Below are positions 38,489 through 48,970 of a stretch of DNA of 64,000 nucleotides, piece after piece; the stretch's first letter is position 1; the number at the start of each line of letters is the position of its first letter. The stretch is from Methanomicrobiales archaeon. Lineage in GTDB: Archaea > Halobacteriota > Methanomicrobia > Methanomicrobiales > Methanospirillaceae. The position numbers and the translations under genes are program-made. Under the pieces are notes generated by a model. That model ran no database searches. It saw only the letters and a program-made list of their open reading frames with translations, and had not been told where the DNA came from. Location of the stretch: contig JBAXJR010000005.1 of the NCBI GenBank assembly GCA_037137755.1, forward strand, positions 23,026 through 87,025. The letters are read 5' to 3'.

Positions 38489-40088
38489 GGAACCTGATAC
38501 TCCGGATATTGAACGAACGCTCCGGGATGATGCAGAGGAGCAGCTCGTCCGCTCCCCGAAGCGTTCTGCTGACCTGAAAGGGCAGACACCCGAACAACTT
38601 ATCCATGAACTCGAGGTGCACCAGGTCGAGCTCGAGATGCAGGCTGAAGAACTCAGTAGAGCGCATATCGCACTCGAGGAGTCGCGGGACAAGTACCTTG
38701 ACCTGTATGACTTTGCCCCGATCGGCTATCTTTCCCTTACCGAAACGGCGCTGATCGTTGAGGTGAACCTCGCAGGGGCGACGCTCCTCGGTGCCGATCG
38801 GAAAAAACTGCTCAAGGCCCGGTTCAGGAGTTTCGTTGCTCAAAAAAATCTTGAACAATGGGACCGGTATTTTTTGACCTTGCTGGACCAGGGGGGAAAA
38901 CAGACCTGCACCCTCACGCTTAAACGGAGTAATGGCTCAATGTTCCCTGCCCGTCTGGAAGGGGTCCGGACTTGCGGCAGCGATGGGGTGAGCACGGTCC
39001 GTATTACGTTCAGTGACATTTCCGATATCTGGGAGATTGAAGCACTCAAAGAGACTAATGATTATCTCAACAACCTGTTTGACTACGCCAACGCCCCGAT
39101 CATTGTATGGGATCCGAAGTATGTGATCACCCGGTTCAACCATGCATTTGAGGATATGACCCTAAGATCTGAGCAGGAAGTCATCGGGCGGCGGCTTGAT
39201 ATCCTGTTCCCAAAAGAAAGTATGGATGCATCATTCCTACAGATAAAAAAAACCCTTGAGGGCAAATGGTGGGAGACCGTTGAGATCCCAATTCTTGTCA
39301 AAGATGGCAGTGTCCGGACTGTACTCTGGAATTCGGCAAATATCCTTGATCCTGATGGCAGGTTAATTTCCACAATCGCCCAGGGTGTTGACATCACCGA
39401 ACGCAGACGGGCAGAGGAAGCGCTGCGCCGGGTAAACCAGAAGCTGAATATCCTCTCTGGACTTACAAGGAAAGACCTAAGCTGCCAGATCCTCGTTCTG
39501 AACTCCTACCTTGAGCTTGCAAAGAAACATGCAGCCGGGCAGGACCAGGTCCTTTCGAGCATACAGAAAGGAAAGCGGGCGGCAGAGTTAATCAATGAGA
39601 TTACGGAAGTTACCCGGGATTACCAGGACATGGGGGCAAAACCTCCGACATGGCAGAATGTGAAGATGGCGTTGTTGCTCGGGCTGTCCCATATATCCAT
39701 TAGCGAAATTAAGCACAGCATAGAAACAGGAGACCTCGAGATCTTTGCTGATCCCCTGCTGGAAAAGGTATGCCAGCGCCTCTTCGAGAACTCACTCACG
39801 CACGGCGGCCATGTCACCCGGATCCGGGTCTCGCACACGACGACCCCTGCTGGGATCACGATCCTCTTTGAAGACGATGGCAAAGGAATTCCGCAGGAGA
39901 AGAAAGAGCAGATCTTTTTGCGTGGTGACGACCTCACCCGTTTCTCGATGCGGAGTCTCATCTTTGTCCGGGAGATCCTCGACATTACCGGCATTACGAT
40001 TACCGAGACCGGAGAGCCGGGCAAGGGAGCGCGGTTCGAGATAATAGTACCGGAGGGGGCATGGCGGATGATAGGGGGGAGTGACTAA
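38457..40088 (+). CDS. Coiled coil-PAS-PAS histidine-kinase-like protein lacking the phospho-His, paralog 3
   Basis: Same N-terminus as paralogs 1 and 2. LTRKDLSCQI replaces ITRHDINNQL and RGDDLTRFSMRSL replaces RGFGKNTGLGL. Confidence 0.85.
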   Translation: MTAGKKKPEHKEPDTPDIERTLRDDAEEQLVRSPKRSADLKGQTPEQLIHELEVHQVELEMQAEELSRAHIALEESRDKYLDLYDFAPIGYLSLTETALIVEVNLAGATLLGADRKKLLKARFRSFVAQKNLEQWDRYFLTLLDQGGKQTCTLTLKRSNGSMFPARLEGVRTCGSDGVSTVRITFSDISDIWEIEALKETNDYLNNLFDYANAPIIVWDPKYVITRFNHAFEDMTLRSEQEVIGRRLDILFPKESMDASFLQIKKTLEGKWWETVEIPILVKDGSVRTVLWNSANILDPDGRLISTIAQGVDITERRRAEEALRRVNQKLNILSGLTRKDLSCQILVLNSYLELAKKHAAGQDQVLSSIQKGKRAAELINEITEVTRDYQDMGAKPPTWQNVKMALLLGLSHISISEIKHSIETGDLEIFADPLLEKVCQRLFENSLTHGGHVTRIRVSHTTTPAGITILFEDDGKGIPQEKKEQIFLRGDDLTRFSMRSLIFVREILDITGITITETGEPGKGARFEIIVPEGAWRMIGGSD

Positions 40089-40089
40089 C

Positions 40090-42243
40090 ATGTCAGCGGT
40101 TATCCGGGTCCTCTACGTTGATGACGAACCCGATCTTCTTGAGATCGGCAAATTATTCCTTGAGGAATCCGGCGATCTCACTGTAACGACCGCGATAAGT
40201 GCACCTGATGCGATCCGGTTGCTCGAACTGGAACAGTTCGACGCCATCATCTCCGATTACCAGATGCCCGTTATGGATGGGATAGCGTTCCTTGAGGTAG
40301 TGCGGACCCGCTTTGGACGGATTCCGTTCATCCTTTTCACCGGACGTGGCAGGGAAGAGATAGTCATCCAGGCGATCAATAGCGGAGCGGACTTCTATCT
40401 TCAGAAGGGAGGCGGTCCCAGCCCGCAATTTGCTGAACTTTCTCACAAGATCCGGCAGGCAACATCCCGGAAAAAGGCGGAGGATTCGCTCCGGAAGAGC
40501 GAGGATCAATACCGGCACTTAGTCGAATGCTCGGATGAGATAATCGTTGTAATACAGGACGGGATGCTCAGGCTGGTCAACCAGAGGGCAGTTGAACGCA
40601 CCGGGTATTCGGAGCAGGAACTCTTGTCCATTCCGTTTCCTGTGCTTATTCACCCTGATGACCGTGCCAACGTAGTGGAGCGTTACCAGAAGCGGATGAA
40701 AGGAGAGGACACTCCGTCCTAGTATACGTTCCGGGTGGCAAGGAAGGACGGGCGTACCATCTGGGTCGAACTAAGCGTAATCGCTATCATATGGGAAGGA
40801 CGGCCCGCCACGATTAATTTCCTGATTGATATCACCGACCGCAAGCGGGCGGAGGAAATGGTCATCCAGACCCGGCGTAATTATGAAGCATTTTTTAACA
40901 CCATTAATGAGTTCCTCTTTGTCCTGGATGAACAGGGTTGCATCCTTCACACGAATGAAACGGTCACCCGCAGGCTCGGGTACACCAGAGAAGAGCTCAT
41001 CGGACAATCAGTATTAATGGTGCATCCCCCGGAACTCAGGGACGAGGCAGGGTGTACGGTGCAGGAGATGCTGGCGGGTACGAAGGATTTCTGCCCGGTA
41101 CCATTGATCGCCAAAGGAGGTCAGCTGATCCCGGTGGAAACCCGGGTTACGAATGGTGAATGGAACGGGGGACCGGTGCTGTTCGGTGTCAGTACGGATG
41201 TTTCAAAGCTCAAATTATCCGAGGAGAAATTCTCACTCGCCTTCCATTCCAATGCAAATCCGATGGTAATCTCGGCAATAAAAGATGGGGAATTCATTGA
41301 AGTGAATGAAGCGTTCATAAAAATGCTGGGTTTCTCGCGTGACGAGGTCATCGGAAAACATACAAGTGATCTTGGACTGTTTATCCAGCCGGATGACCGG
41401 TCAAATGCCCTTCGCATACTTGAAGAGATGGGGACGGTAAGGGATCTGGAGATCCAGATCCGTGCAAAAGACGGTTCCATTCATTACGGACTGTTCTCTG
41501 GTGACCGTATCAGTATCGGGGAAGTTTCCTGTCTGCTTACAACGTTAGTAGATATCACAGCCCGGAAACATGCAGAAGCCGAAATCGTCTTAACCAACAA
41601 GAAGATAGCCCTCCTCACCAGCCTCACCCGGCACGACACTATCGACAAGCTGACAGGGATTTTAGGATACCTGGATATGCTGAAAAACGAGCTGAATGAT
41701 CCAACACTTGATGAGTATTTCCAGACGATGGCAACTTCTGCAGAGCAGATATCAGCTATGATCCGGTCCACCAATGAATACGAGGAGATCGGTGTCGCTC
41801 CGCCGTTCTGGCAGGACTGCCGCACACTCGTTGATATTGCAGCAGGGAAAACCCTGGCCGGCAAGGTTACGGTTAAAAACGATCTCCCGACCGGTGAGGA
41901 AATTTTCGCCGATCCGCTGGTTTTCAAGGTCTTTTACAACCTGATGGATAACGCAGTACGGTATGGTGGTAAGATCACGACTATCCGGTTCACTGTTGGG
42001 GAATCCAATGGTGACCCTATTGTCGTGTGCGAAGACGACGGGTTCGGTTTCCCTGCAGACGAGAAAGAAAAGATCTTCGACCGGGGTTTTGGGAAAAATA
42101 CTGGTATGGGTTTGTTCCTTACCCGGGAAATCCTATCCATTACGGGTATCACCATCAGTGAGGTTGGTGTGCCGGGAAAGGGAGCACGGTTTGAGATGAC
42201 CGTGCCTGAAGGGGCATGGCGGATGGCAGGGAATGATGCATAA
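40090..42243 (+). pseudogene. Hybrid REC-PAS histidine kinase interrupted by one in-frame TAG (40720-40722)
   Basis: ORFs 40081-40722 and 40735-42243 are in the same frame. GEDTPS*YTFRVARKDGRTIWVELS splits one PAS/PAC domain. TRHD and the HATPase are intact. Confidence 0.8.
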
Positions 42244-42419
42244 TGGCAGGTACCCTCCTTGTCCTTTTCGTTGATGACAAACATACACTTCTTGAGATAG
42301 GTAAGCCTGCGTAGTATATCTGAAATCGTATCAAACCAGGAAGCAGGACAGGATCTGGTCGGGCGGACATTCTCCCACAATACCCATTTGCATTTATAGC
42401 ATCCTGCCGGATAAAAAAA

Positions 42420-42809
42420 TCAGTATGCAATTATTTTCAGATCACGGATATTTTCAAAATGCCGGTCACGGGTGATGATCTCCCCATCATTACAGAGAGC
42501 TATGGCAGCGATCACTTCATCGAAATCCCCGATGGGGTTACCCGATATGCATAAACCCGCTGCAATCCTGCCAAAGACTTCGAATATTGTTTCGTCTATA
42601 GGTAGAATGGTGAATAATTCCAGGAGGGTCCGAACTTTGACCAGGTTATTGCGGTTCCCCGAAATGTATGCCCCTTTGTATAACTCCATGGCAGTTATTG
42701 CGGTTGTGGAGAGTGCGATTCCCTTTTCTTCAAATGCTGCATACCGTTTAAGCGCACCACGGTCTCTCCGCACCAGGTCAACAAGAAATGAGGTGTCTGC
42801 AAGCGGCAT
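42420..42809 (-). CDS. vapC: VapC PIN-domain toxin
   Basis: ADTSFLVD, TAMELYKG, IGDFDEVIAAIAL, ITRDRHF. Confidence 0.9.
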   Translation of the reverse strand: MPLADTSFLVDLVRRDRGALKRYAAFEEKGIALSTTAITAMELYKGAYISGNRNNLVKVRTLLELFTILPIDETIFEVFGRIAAGLCISGNPIGDFDEVIAAIALCNDGEIITRDRHFENIRDLKIIAY

Positions 42810-43036
42810 CAGAACTTGACCTCACGCATCCTGCCTTTTCGCATCTCCCGGGATACCTTCTCAATATTGTTGGCCAGATCAGTACAGTCCCCGAGTTCGG
42901 CAAGCACCTCCGATAATTTACGTTTGACCGGGTAATATTTTACAATTACTTCAGAGAAACTTGTCTTTTCATCTTTCTTTAATGCCCTCAGCCGATCGTA
43001 CGCCTCTTCCGTTATGCTGATGGTTTTTGTCGACAT
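42809..43036 (-). CDS. vapB: VapB antitoxin (archaeal)
   Basis: [20 protein letters not shown]...SFSEVI. Coupled to vapC by TGATG. Confidence 0.88.
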   Translation of the reverse strand: MSTKTISITEEAYDRLRALKKDEKTSFSEVIVKYYPVKRKLSEVLAELGDCTDLANNIEKVSREMRKGRMREVKF

Positions 43037-43523
43037 GATCTATTCTGTGTATGTATGTGTATTTAATTATAATCGTGAGAAGATCTTCCCCGATACCACA
43101 TGCATCCTGCTGTCAGGAGAATGCATGCCATAACGATAATCAGGGCCCTGGGATGGTGCAGCGGAATGGGGGTCATGGGAAACCAGGGGACGGTACATAA
43201 TGATTGATACGGTCGTGGGAGCAGTGACACCAGAATTGAGGCCTGAACGAGTTTCCGGCTCCTCCCGCAATCAGATGAATCCTGCACAAAAACAATATCC
43301 GGCTGGTTTCCGGTACAATATCTCCGTGAACAGCCAGGAAAGATCGCCCGGAATATGACATTCACCGTAGATCCTGTAGAGGGACAACCAGATGCACAGG
43401 GATCCCAACCGGCTGGTCGGGGACAAACCCGGGGTCATTGTACCGGATGTGCAATAAATCAGGAATGTACCGTCATGTGGTGATACATACTAAAATTTTC
43501 TTCGCATTACCCTATTTTCTATG

Positions 43524-44399
43524 TTAACTTACACACCCTGGCCGGCTGGCCCTCAAATATCCGGGGACCTCGTTCGAAACGATAATATCCGCTTCGGTAA
43601 CCGATGACCGGCCAGCCCGTTCGGCAGCCAGTACACTCCACTTCACCAGGTGAATTCCTGCCCGCACATCCCCGGCCGGCACGATGTGATTGACAAGAAA
43701 TGAAAGCATTTCGGTGGATATGACCCCAGGGTGAAGCCCGGCCTGAATCCTGTCGTGGAGGATTTCCCTCATGTGCTTCTTTTGGTAGAGCGGGAAATGT
43801 ATCTTGTCAGGTTTGAGGTCGGAGGTAAAACAGGAATCCAGGGCTACCTTCAGGTTAACCTCCATATCACTCGTCATAAGGATGAATCCTACCTTCGCTT
43901 TCGGGTATTTCATTGAAATGCCGAGGAATGAGGAGAGAATATCATCGAGGAGATGGTTCGGCAGGTGGTGGTCCGCATTGTCAAAACATGCAACGAGGAC
44001 CGCCTATCTGATACTGATGGTCTTACCGATCAGATCGATCATTTTGCCTACCGCTTGCCCCCTGGGCACTGACTCCTGGATATGAAGTTCCTCGAATATC
44101 CTGGCAAAAACATCGAATTTAGATTCTTCCACATGGCAGCTGATGTATACCGGAATAATACTCTCATGAGACGCACTGATTTCAGAAAATATCCCGTGGA
44201 CTGCGGTTGTCTTACCGGTACCGGGTGGACCCCTGATCACCAGGTTAACCGGGCTGTTGCCTTGAACTCCCGATTGTAGAGCAGAAACAATTTTAGTGAC
44301 CTGGGCCTCCCGGAACCTGAATAGTTCCGGGATATAACCCATTTCGAATACGTCACGGTCGAGGAACAGGGTCTCTTTCATTTCGAAGTATTTCTTCAT
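43524..44399 (-). pseudogene. cdc6: Orc1/Cdc6 paralog with in-frame TAG (44004-44006), degenerate Walker B and no winged-helix domain
   Basis: YIPELFRFRE, GPPGTGKT, then ISIR*AVLVACFDNAD in frame with 43524-43913 (IHFPLY, GDVRAGI, AERAG). Ends before the wH domain. Confidence 0.75.
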
Positions 44400-44797
44400 G
44401 GGATACGATCATCTCACTCGTGCGGTATTAGAGCTGGACCGTATGTGGTGTGAAAGTGAAGGGTGTACTTATAAAATCCCGGGTCCGCATCTCGTCATCG
44501 GCACTATAGTAGAATGATCACTACTATAAATCAAGAAAATATAGGCCGTATCGGTACTGATATTAGTCTGTCAGATACCAACCTAAACCCCATAAAAACC
44601 AACACACTTTAGCTCAGTATGCGGGGCAGGCCACCGTACTGGCCCCCTTTATCAATCGTGTTGAAACAATTTTTTTTAATGGATTTATTGTTACTGACAA
44701 GTGTCAGATATTGTATTTAAATATTAAATACCTCGTATTTCGTAATTGTTTTTGAAAATATTCGGATTTTTATGGTTTATACAGAGTATTTTCTCAT

Positions 44798-45352
44798 TTA
44801 CATGATGCTTTCGAGCTTGTGTTTGAGGATATCAACCGCCTTCCTTACATCTACGAGGTTCTTGCCACCCGCCAGAATGATCTTTCCGGAAGAAAAGATA
44901 AGAACGACGATTTTGGGATCTTTGATCCGGTAGACAAGCCCGGGGAACTGTTCGGGTTCGTACTCGATATTTTCGACATTGAACGTGACGGCTACCCTGT
45001 TGAGATTGATTTTAATACCGAGATCGTATGAACAGACCATATTAGTGATAGCAACTTTTGGCTCTTTGTGGGTGTCAATACCAGCATCTTTTAACGATTT
45101 GGTGATGATTGCAAGTCCTTCTGCGAGGGCCTCATTGCTACGGCTACCGGTTAGTACGATCTTGCCCGATGAAAAGATCAGGGACGCAATTTTGGGCTCC
45201 TTGATGCGATATATTGCACCGGGGAACCGTTTTGTATTCAGTTCGCAGTCTTCGACCTTATTTGACAACTCTACAAGATCAATAGAATCGGCAATGACAC
45301 CGGACGCAACAATATTCACAATTTTCAAGGATTCGTAACTTTTATCAGACAT
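44798..45352 (-). CDS. tbp: TATA-box-binding protein
   Basis: IVNIVAS...RFPGAIYRI..PK...LIFSSGKIVLTG and NMVCS...YEPEQFPGLVYR...LIFSSGK. Confidence 0.95.
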   Translation of the reverse strand: MSDKSYESLKIVNIVASGVIADSIDLVELSNKVEDCELNTKRFPGAIYRIKEPKIASLIFSSGKIVLTGSRSNEALAEGLAIITKSLKDAGIDTHKEPKVAITNMVCSYDLGIKINLNRVAVTFNVENIEYEPEQFPGLVYRIKDPKIVVLIFSSGKIILAGGKNLVDVRKAVDILKHKLESIM

Positions 45353-45641
45353 CCATTATCTTATGATTTTCTTCGAAACATAAGACTAATGGGCAACTTT
45401 TATACTCTATCCTCCCGGACCGTTTCGACATGACGGGTGTCTGTCTCTTTTTTCATTCACCAAGGTACCGAGTACGGTAACAAAGTACTCCTGAACGGAA
45501 GTCCGGAAAGCGGGAATTCAGGGGTGGATACGGTTGCGTTTACGGAACCCAAAAAAAGGATAAGGCATAAAGAAAGGCCTATTGTCGGCGGAATAGGGGC
45601 AAAATCGCTGCGAATTGCCGGATTAGGTGCCGGATGAGAAA

Positions 45642-45671
45642 GGAGCCAAATGCGGGCGATTTGAACGCACA
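45642..45671 (+). repeat. Core of a diverged direct repeat, copy A (flanks about 45430-45770)
   Basis: GGAGCCAAATGCGGGCGATTTGAACGCACA is 27/30 identical to 48941-48970. Confidence 0.6.
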
Positions 45672-45914
45672 TGGGCGGTTTACAATGAATATAGGGGGGT
45701 AAGGTACTGGTCCATGTATGGACGTTGAGGGAAATCCGGCGCAAATAACCATGTTATCCGGTTTATCAGCATACCGAATTCAGTCCTCTCATTTGTCATT
45801 AAACGCGGGAATACACAAATTAACCAAAAAAATCATTCTGGTCCGGACCGTGACAATTGCTCAAATACCTATGGACGCGGAGTGACTAACAACGAGAGGT
45901 GTTTTATGAAACAC

Positions 45915-46330
45915 TGCAGGCAGGACTGCCGTATACTCGTGGATATAGCGGCAAAACAAGCCACGCTTGGACAGGTCATGGTGACGAATGGTCTCACTGC
46001 CGGAATGGAAGTTTACGCTGACCCGCCGATTGTCGAGGTCTTTTACAACCTGTTGGATAACCCGGCGCGTTACGGTGGGAAGATTACGACTAACCGGTTC
46101 TTTGCTGAGGAAGCCGGTGATGTTCATATCGTCGTATGCGGAGACGATGGCGTCGGTATACCGGCTGAAGAGAAAGAGATGATTTTCGAACGAGGATTCG
46201 GGAAGAATAAAAGGCTGGGGTTATTCCTCTCATGTGAAATCCTATCCATTACCGGTATCACAATCAAAGAGACAGGCGAGCCAATTAAGGGGCACGGTTT
46301 GAGATTTATGAGCCGGAGGGTGCATGGCGT
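45915..46330 (+). pseudogene. Isolated HATPase_c tail of the local kinase family
   Basis: QDCRILVDIAAKQ...ADPPIVEVFYNLLDNPARYGGKIT...DDGVG...GETGEP-like block, with no HisKA or sensor and a frameshifted end. Confidence 0.75.
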
Positions 46331-46409
46331 ATCCCTTAATGTAATAAATACACACTATTTTTTAGGGAATATTATTAAAAAAAAAGGCCCGTGCTACCCC
46401 GCCACATCA

Positions 46410-46596
46410 AAGGTCCTCAACCCAACCTCCACCTTATCAGACGACATCAACCAGAACTCCATCGTCCTTAAAATAACCTAAGGACGCGTTTTATTCCGGT
46501 TCATGGGCGATGCCAACGCTGATGCCGAAACCCGCATTGCCAATAGAGGGACTAATCTCAAGGCCGATATCCTCAAGGTCGGGCACCATTGGCAGC
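46410..46596 (+). pseudogene. ComEC/Rec2-type MBL-fold fragment
   Basis: KVLNP...DDINQNSIVLKIT*GRVLFRFMGDA...E...LKADILKVGHH with an internal TAA. Confidence 0.7.
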
Positions 46597-47157
46597 GCTA
46601 ATCGATTGCGCTCTGGCGGGCATTATAACGCAGGTAATCAGATTACCCGGCGAGCAATAACAACAAATAAATAGCCACAAGCCTGTTTCTCACTGGTGAG
46701 AAAAGATGCCATCCTTTGTATGTATTGGTAAGGGCTGTGGGTTTGAGACCTCTGCTCCAACCGAAGCTGAGCTGATGATCAAGATTGCGGAACACGCAAA
46801 AACCGCCCATAATATGGACCCTATCCCCCCGGATATGATGGTAAAGGTGAAAGCCGCGATCAAGAAGTGAGAATTCCATTCTATCCTGAAATTCTTTTTT
46901 TTCCATGTGATGTACATTAAGGATAGTGATTGTGATTAGCACTATTATAAGCACAGAAAGAGATGGTTGTCGCACATAGCCCCGGGAACGGCAGCGGTCC
47001 TGGCGAGGGGCCGCCACCATATTGTGAGTCACAAGTTGTTCAGGATCCGGGATGATTTGCAATTGGTCCTGTACGATCAGGATCAAACATTATCCCGCCC
47101 AAAAATAGTCATGTTGCCCAGGGTTTTTTTTATTTCGCCAAATAAGAAATGGTCTTT

Positions 47158-47745
47158 TTATAATGGGACTAAATTTTTCCCAAAGACCTCATTGATAACC
47201 TGGCCAAAACCCATGTAGAATGCAAGAGCACCAGTAATTACGCCGATAACTCCACCTGCAACAAGAATACTACTGTTGCCGGTAAGCTGAGCGGCTACTA
47301 GCAGGAAAAACGTCACGACAAGTGCAAGGAGTGTGATTTGCAGCGTTTTATGCATCTTGAGAGAACATATGAAGAGTCCGAACGCAAAGATACCCCAGAG
47401 CCCTAAAAAGACCGCCAGCTCGCTGGGTCCGGGAGCTTTGGACAGGCCCGCCGCAGGAAGCATGAGGAGGGCAGCGAAACAAATCCAGAAAAAGCCGAAA
47501 CTCCCGAATGTTAAGAGGCCGAATGTGTTGTTCTTTTTCCATTCCATAGTTCCCACAATTACCTGTGCCAGCCCACCAAAGAATATTGCCATCGCAATAA
47601 CCGGACTCGCGAGCGCGGTTAATCCCATGTTGTGAATGCTTAATATCAACGTCGTCATACCGAATGCACAAAGCCCGAGCGGTGCCGGATTTGCGGTATT
47701 ATCTGTAAGAAAGAGGTCATTCCTACTTGTGTTGGGTAGTTCCAT
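47158..47745 (-). CDS. Acetate/succinate uptake transporter, SatP (GPR1/FUN34/YaaH) family
   Basis: ANPAPLGL signature, FFGGLAQ, NTFG, six hydrophobic helices. Confidence 0.92.
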   Translation of the reverse strand: MELPNTSRNDLFLTDNTANPAPLGLCAFGMTTLILSIHNMGLTALASPVIAMAIFFGGLAQVIVGTMEWKKNNTFGLLTFGSFGFFWICFAALLMLPAAGLSKAPGPSELAVFLGLWGIFAFGLFICSLKMHKTLQITLLALVVTFFLLVAAQLTGNSSILVAGGVIGVITGALAFYMGFGQVINEVFGKNLVPL

Positions 47746-48070
47746 CGTCTACTTCTCCTTGGTGGTTCTTCTCCAAAATTAGGATGATATAAAATTTATC
47801 AGAAGTATTATAGACCTCCGTTTTTGATAATTCATTGACCATGAATCCCAAATGGAGTAAATACGAAACCGTATTCAAGAACCTATTTTCCTTCAATAGA
47901 TATAAGCTATCTGGTCTCGAAAACACCGAAAACCCAAGTAGTAGTTAGCTTGGAAAAAGAAGGGGTCGTTAAAGTGTCCAGGGTGTGGATCGGTACACTG
48001 CCCTATTGAAGAAAAGTGGCTCTTCGCTATTATCAGTGGGAATTATGAGAGTGTAAAAAAATGAATTGAT

Positions 48071-48134
48071 GGGGCTCCGCCCCAAACCCCGATTAAGAGA
48101 GTTCCGCCGCCCCAGAAGGAAGCCCCGGCGGCGG
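48071..48134. repeat. REP-like double hairpin
   Basis: GGGGC-TCC-GCCCC (reverse complement of 1163-1175) and CCGCCGCC...GGCGGCGG stem (48104-48134). Confidence 0.45.
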
Positions 48135-48298
48135 TTCAATGCGTGTTGATGCAATTGTGAAATCGTATTTCCAATATTTAGGGCGATTTTTCAATTCTAA
48201 TTTATTATTGTCTTTTGATTTCATTTGTTGATATCCTAAGTTCAGGTTATCTACCCAAACGGAAACAACGAAGAGCCCAAAATAAGATTCAAATTCTA

Positions 48299-48572
48299 CT
48301 ACATTTCTTCGTGTGAACCGATATCAATCAATACAACCTGCGTCCGGTTTTCATCAACGAAATCGAAAACGAGGCGGTACTCGTACGTGATCCTGAACGA
48401 TCAGAGTCCCTTTAAGACCCCGCTCAAAGTATGGGTGTTTAAGGAAGGATGAAACGGATCAATTTCAAATTGAACAATCTTTTTGGCAAATTGTACTTAC
48501 AGTTCCGGGTGCTGGTTCGACCATTTCTTGTAGATTTTCCAAAACCGCTCCTAACCAGATAAGTTTAACCAT
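48299..48572 (-). pseudogene. RelE/YafQ-like mRNA interferase remnant
   Basis: MVKLIW, frameshift, then ERFWKIYKKWSNQHPEL*VQFAKK...DPFHPSLNTHTLSGVLKGL*SFRITYEYRLVFDF...LIDIGSHEEM. Confidence 0.75.
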
Positions 48573-48680
48573 TTAGATCCGCCTGAAGATCTTTTGCCGT
48601 TCCGCTCCGGCCTTTGTGTTTTTGCACGTTTTTGTTCGCTTGTTTTGCCCTGCTGACAATAGCCGTGCGTTTTGATGGAA
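48565..48680 (-). pseudogene. C-terminal remnant of the cognate antitoxin
   Basis: KRTAIVSRAKQANKNVQKHKGRSGTAKDLQADLNG*. Stop overlaps the toxin ATG. Confidence 0.45.
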
Positions 48681-48940
48681 TGGTCGGTAATGGCGGCGGT
48701 ATCCAGTCCCGATCTGGTGCGAATGATGGATTATGGGAATCCGATACATGTGTCACCACAGTGACGGGGGTCTCACAATCGGTGCCCCCTGTCCACAAAA
48801 AGGCTGAAAATAGTCTATTCCACGGCTAAAACGGTAGTTTTTGGAAACCCGGTAAAAGAATAACACTCAATAAAACGCCAATAATTGGCGAATAAAACTA
48901 AATCCCCCGCAAATAGCCTTATTCCGCATCAAAACCAAAC

Positions 48941-48970
48941 GGAGCAAAATGCGGGCGATTTAAACGAACA
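48941..48970 (+). repeat. Core of a diverged direct repeat, copy B (flanks about 48760-49070)
   Basis: GGAGCAAAATGCGGGCGATTTAAACGAACA. Confidence 0.6.

Noticed and set aside
40720-44006. Genome-wide TAG recoding (pyrrolysine) suggested by two in-frame TAG codons
   Set aside because: TAG is a normal stop at the conserved ends of the kinases at 22738 and 60299. The cdc6 copy has other lesions, nearby remnants contain TAA and TGA stops too, and no pyl genes are in the window.
44400-44797. Replication origin next to cdc6
   Set aside because: The region is AT-rich, but I could not find repeated ORB-like boxes, and the cdc6 lacks its DNA-binding domain.
9223-45352. Direct control of the accessory TBP by the partner-switching module
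   Set aside because: The analogy to sigma control is attractive, but the genes are over 30 kb apart and nothing in the sequence links them.
46643-47086. Minus-strand ORFs downstream of the SatP-family gene
   Set aside because: One frame has a hydrophobic stretch, but there is no family motif or clear start, so a CDS call is unsupported.
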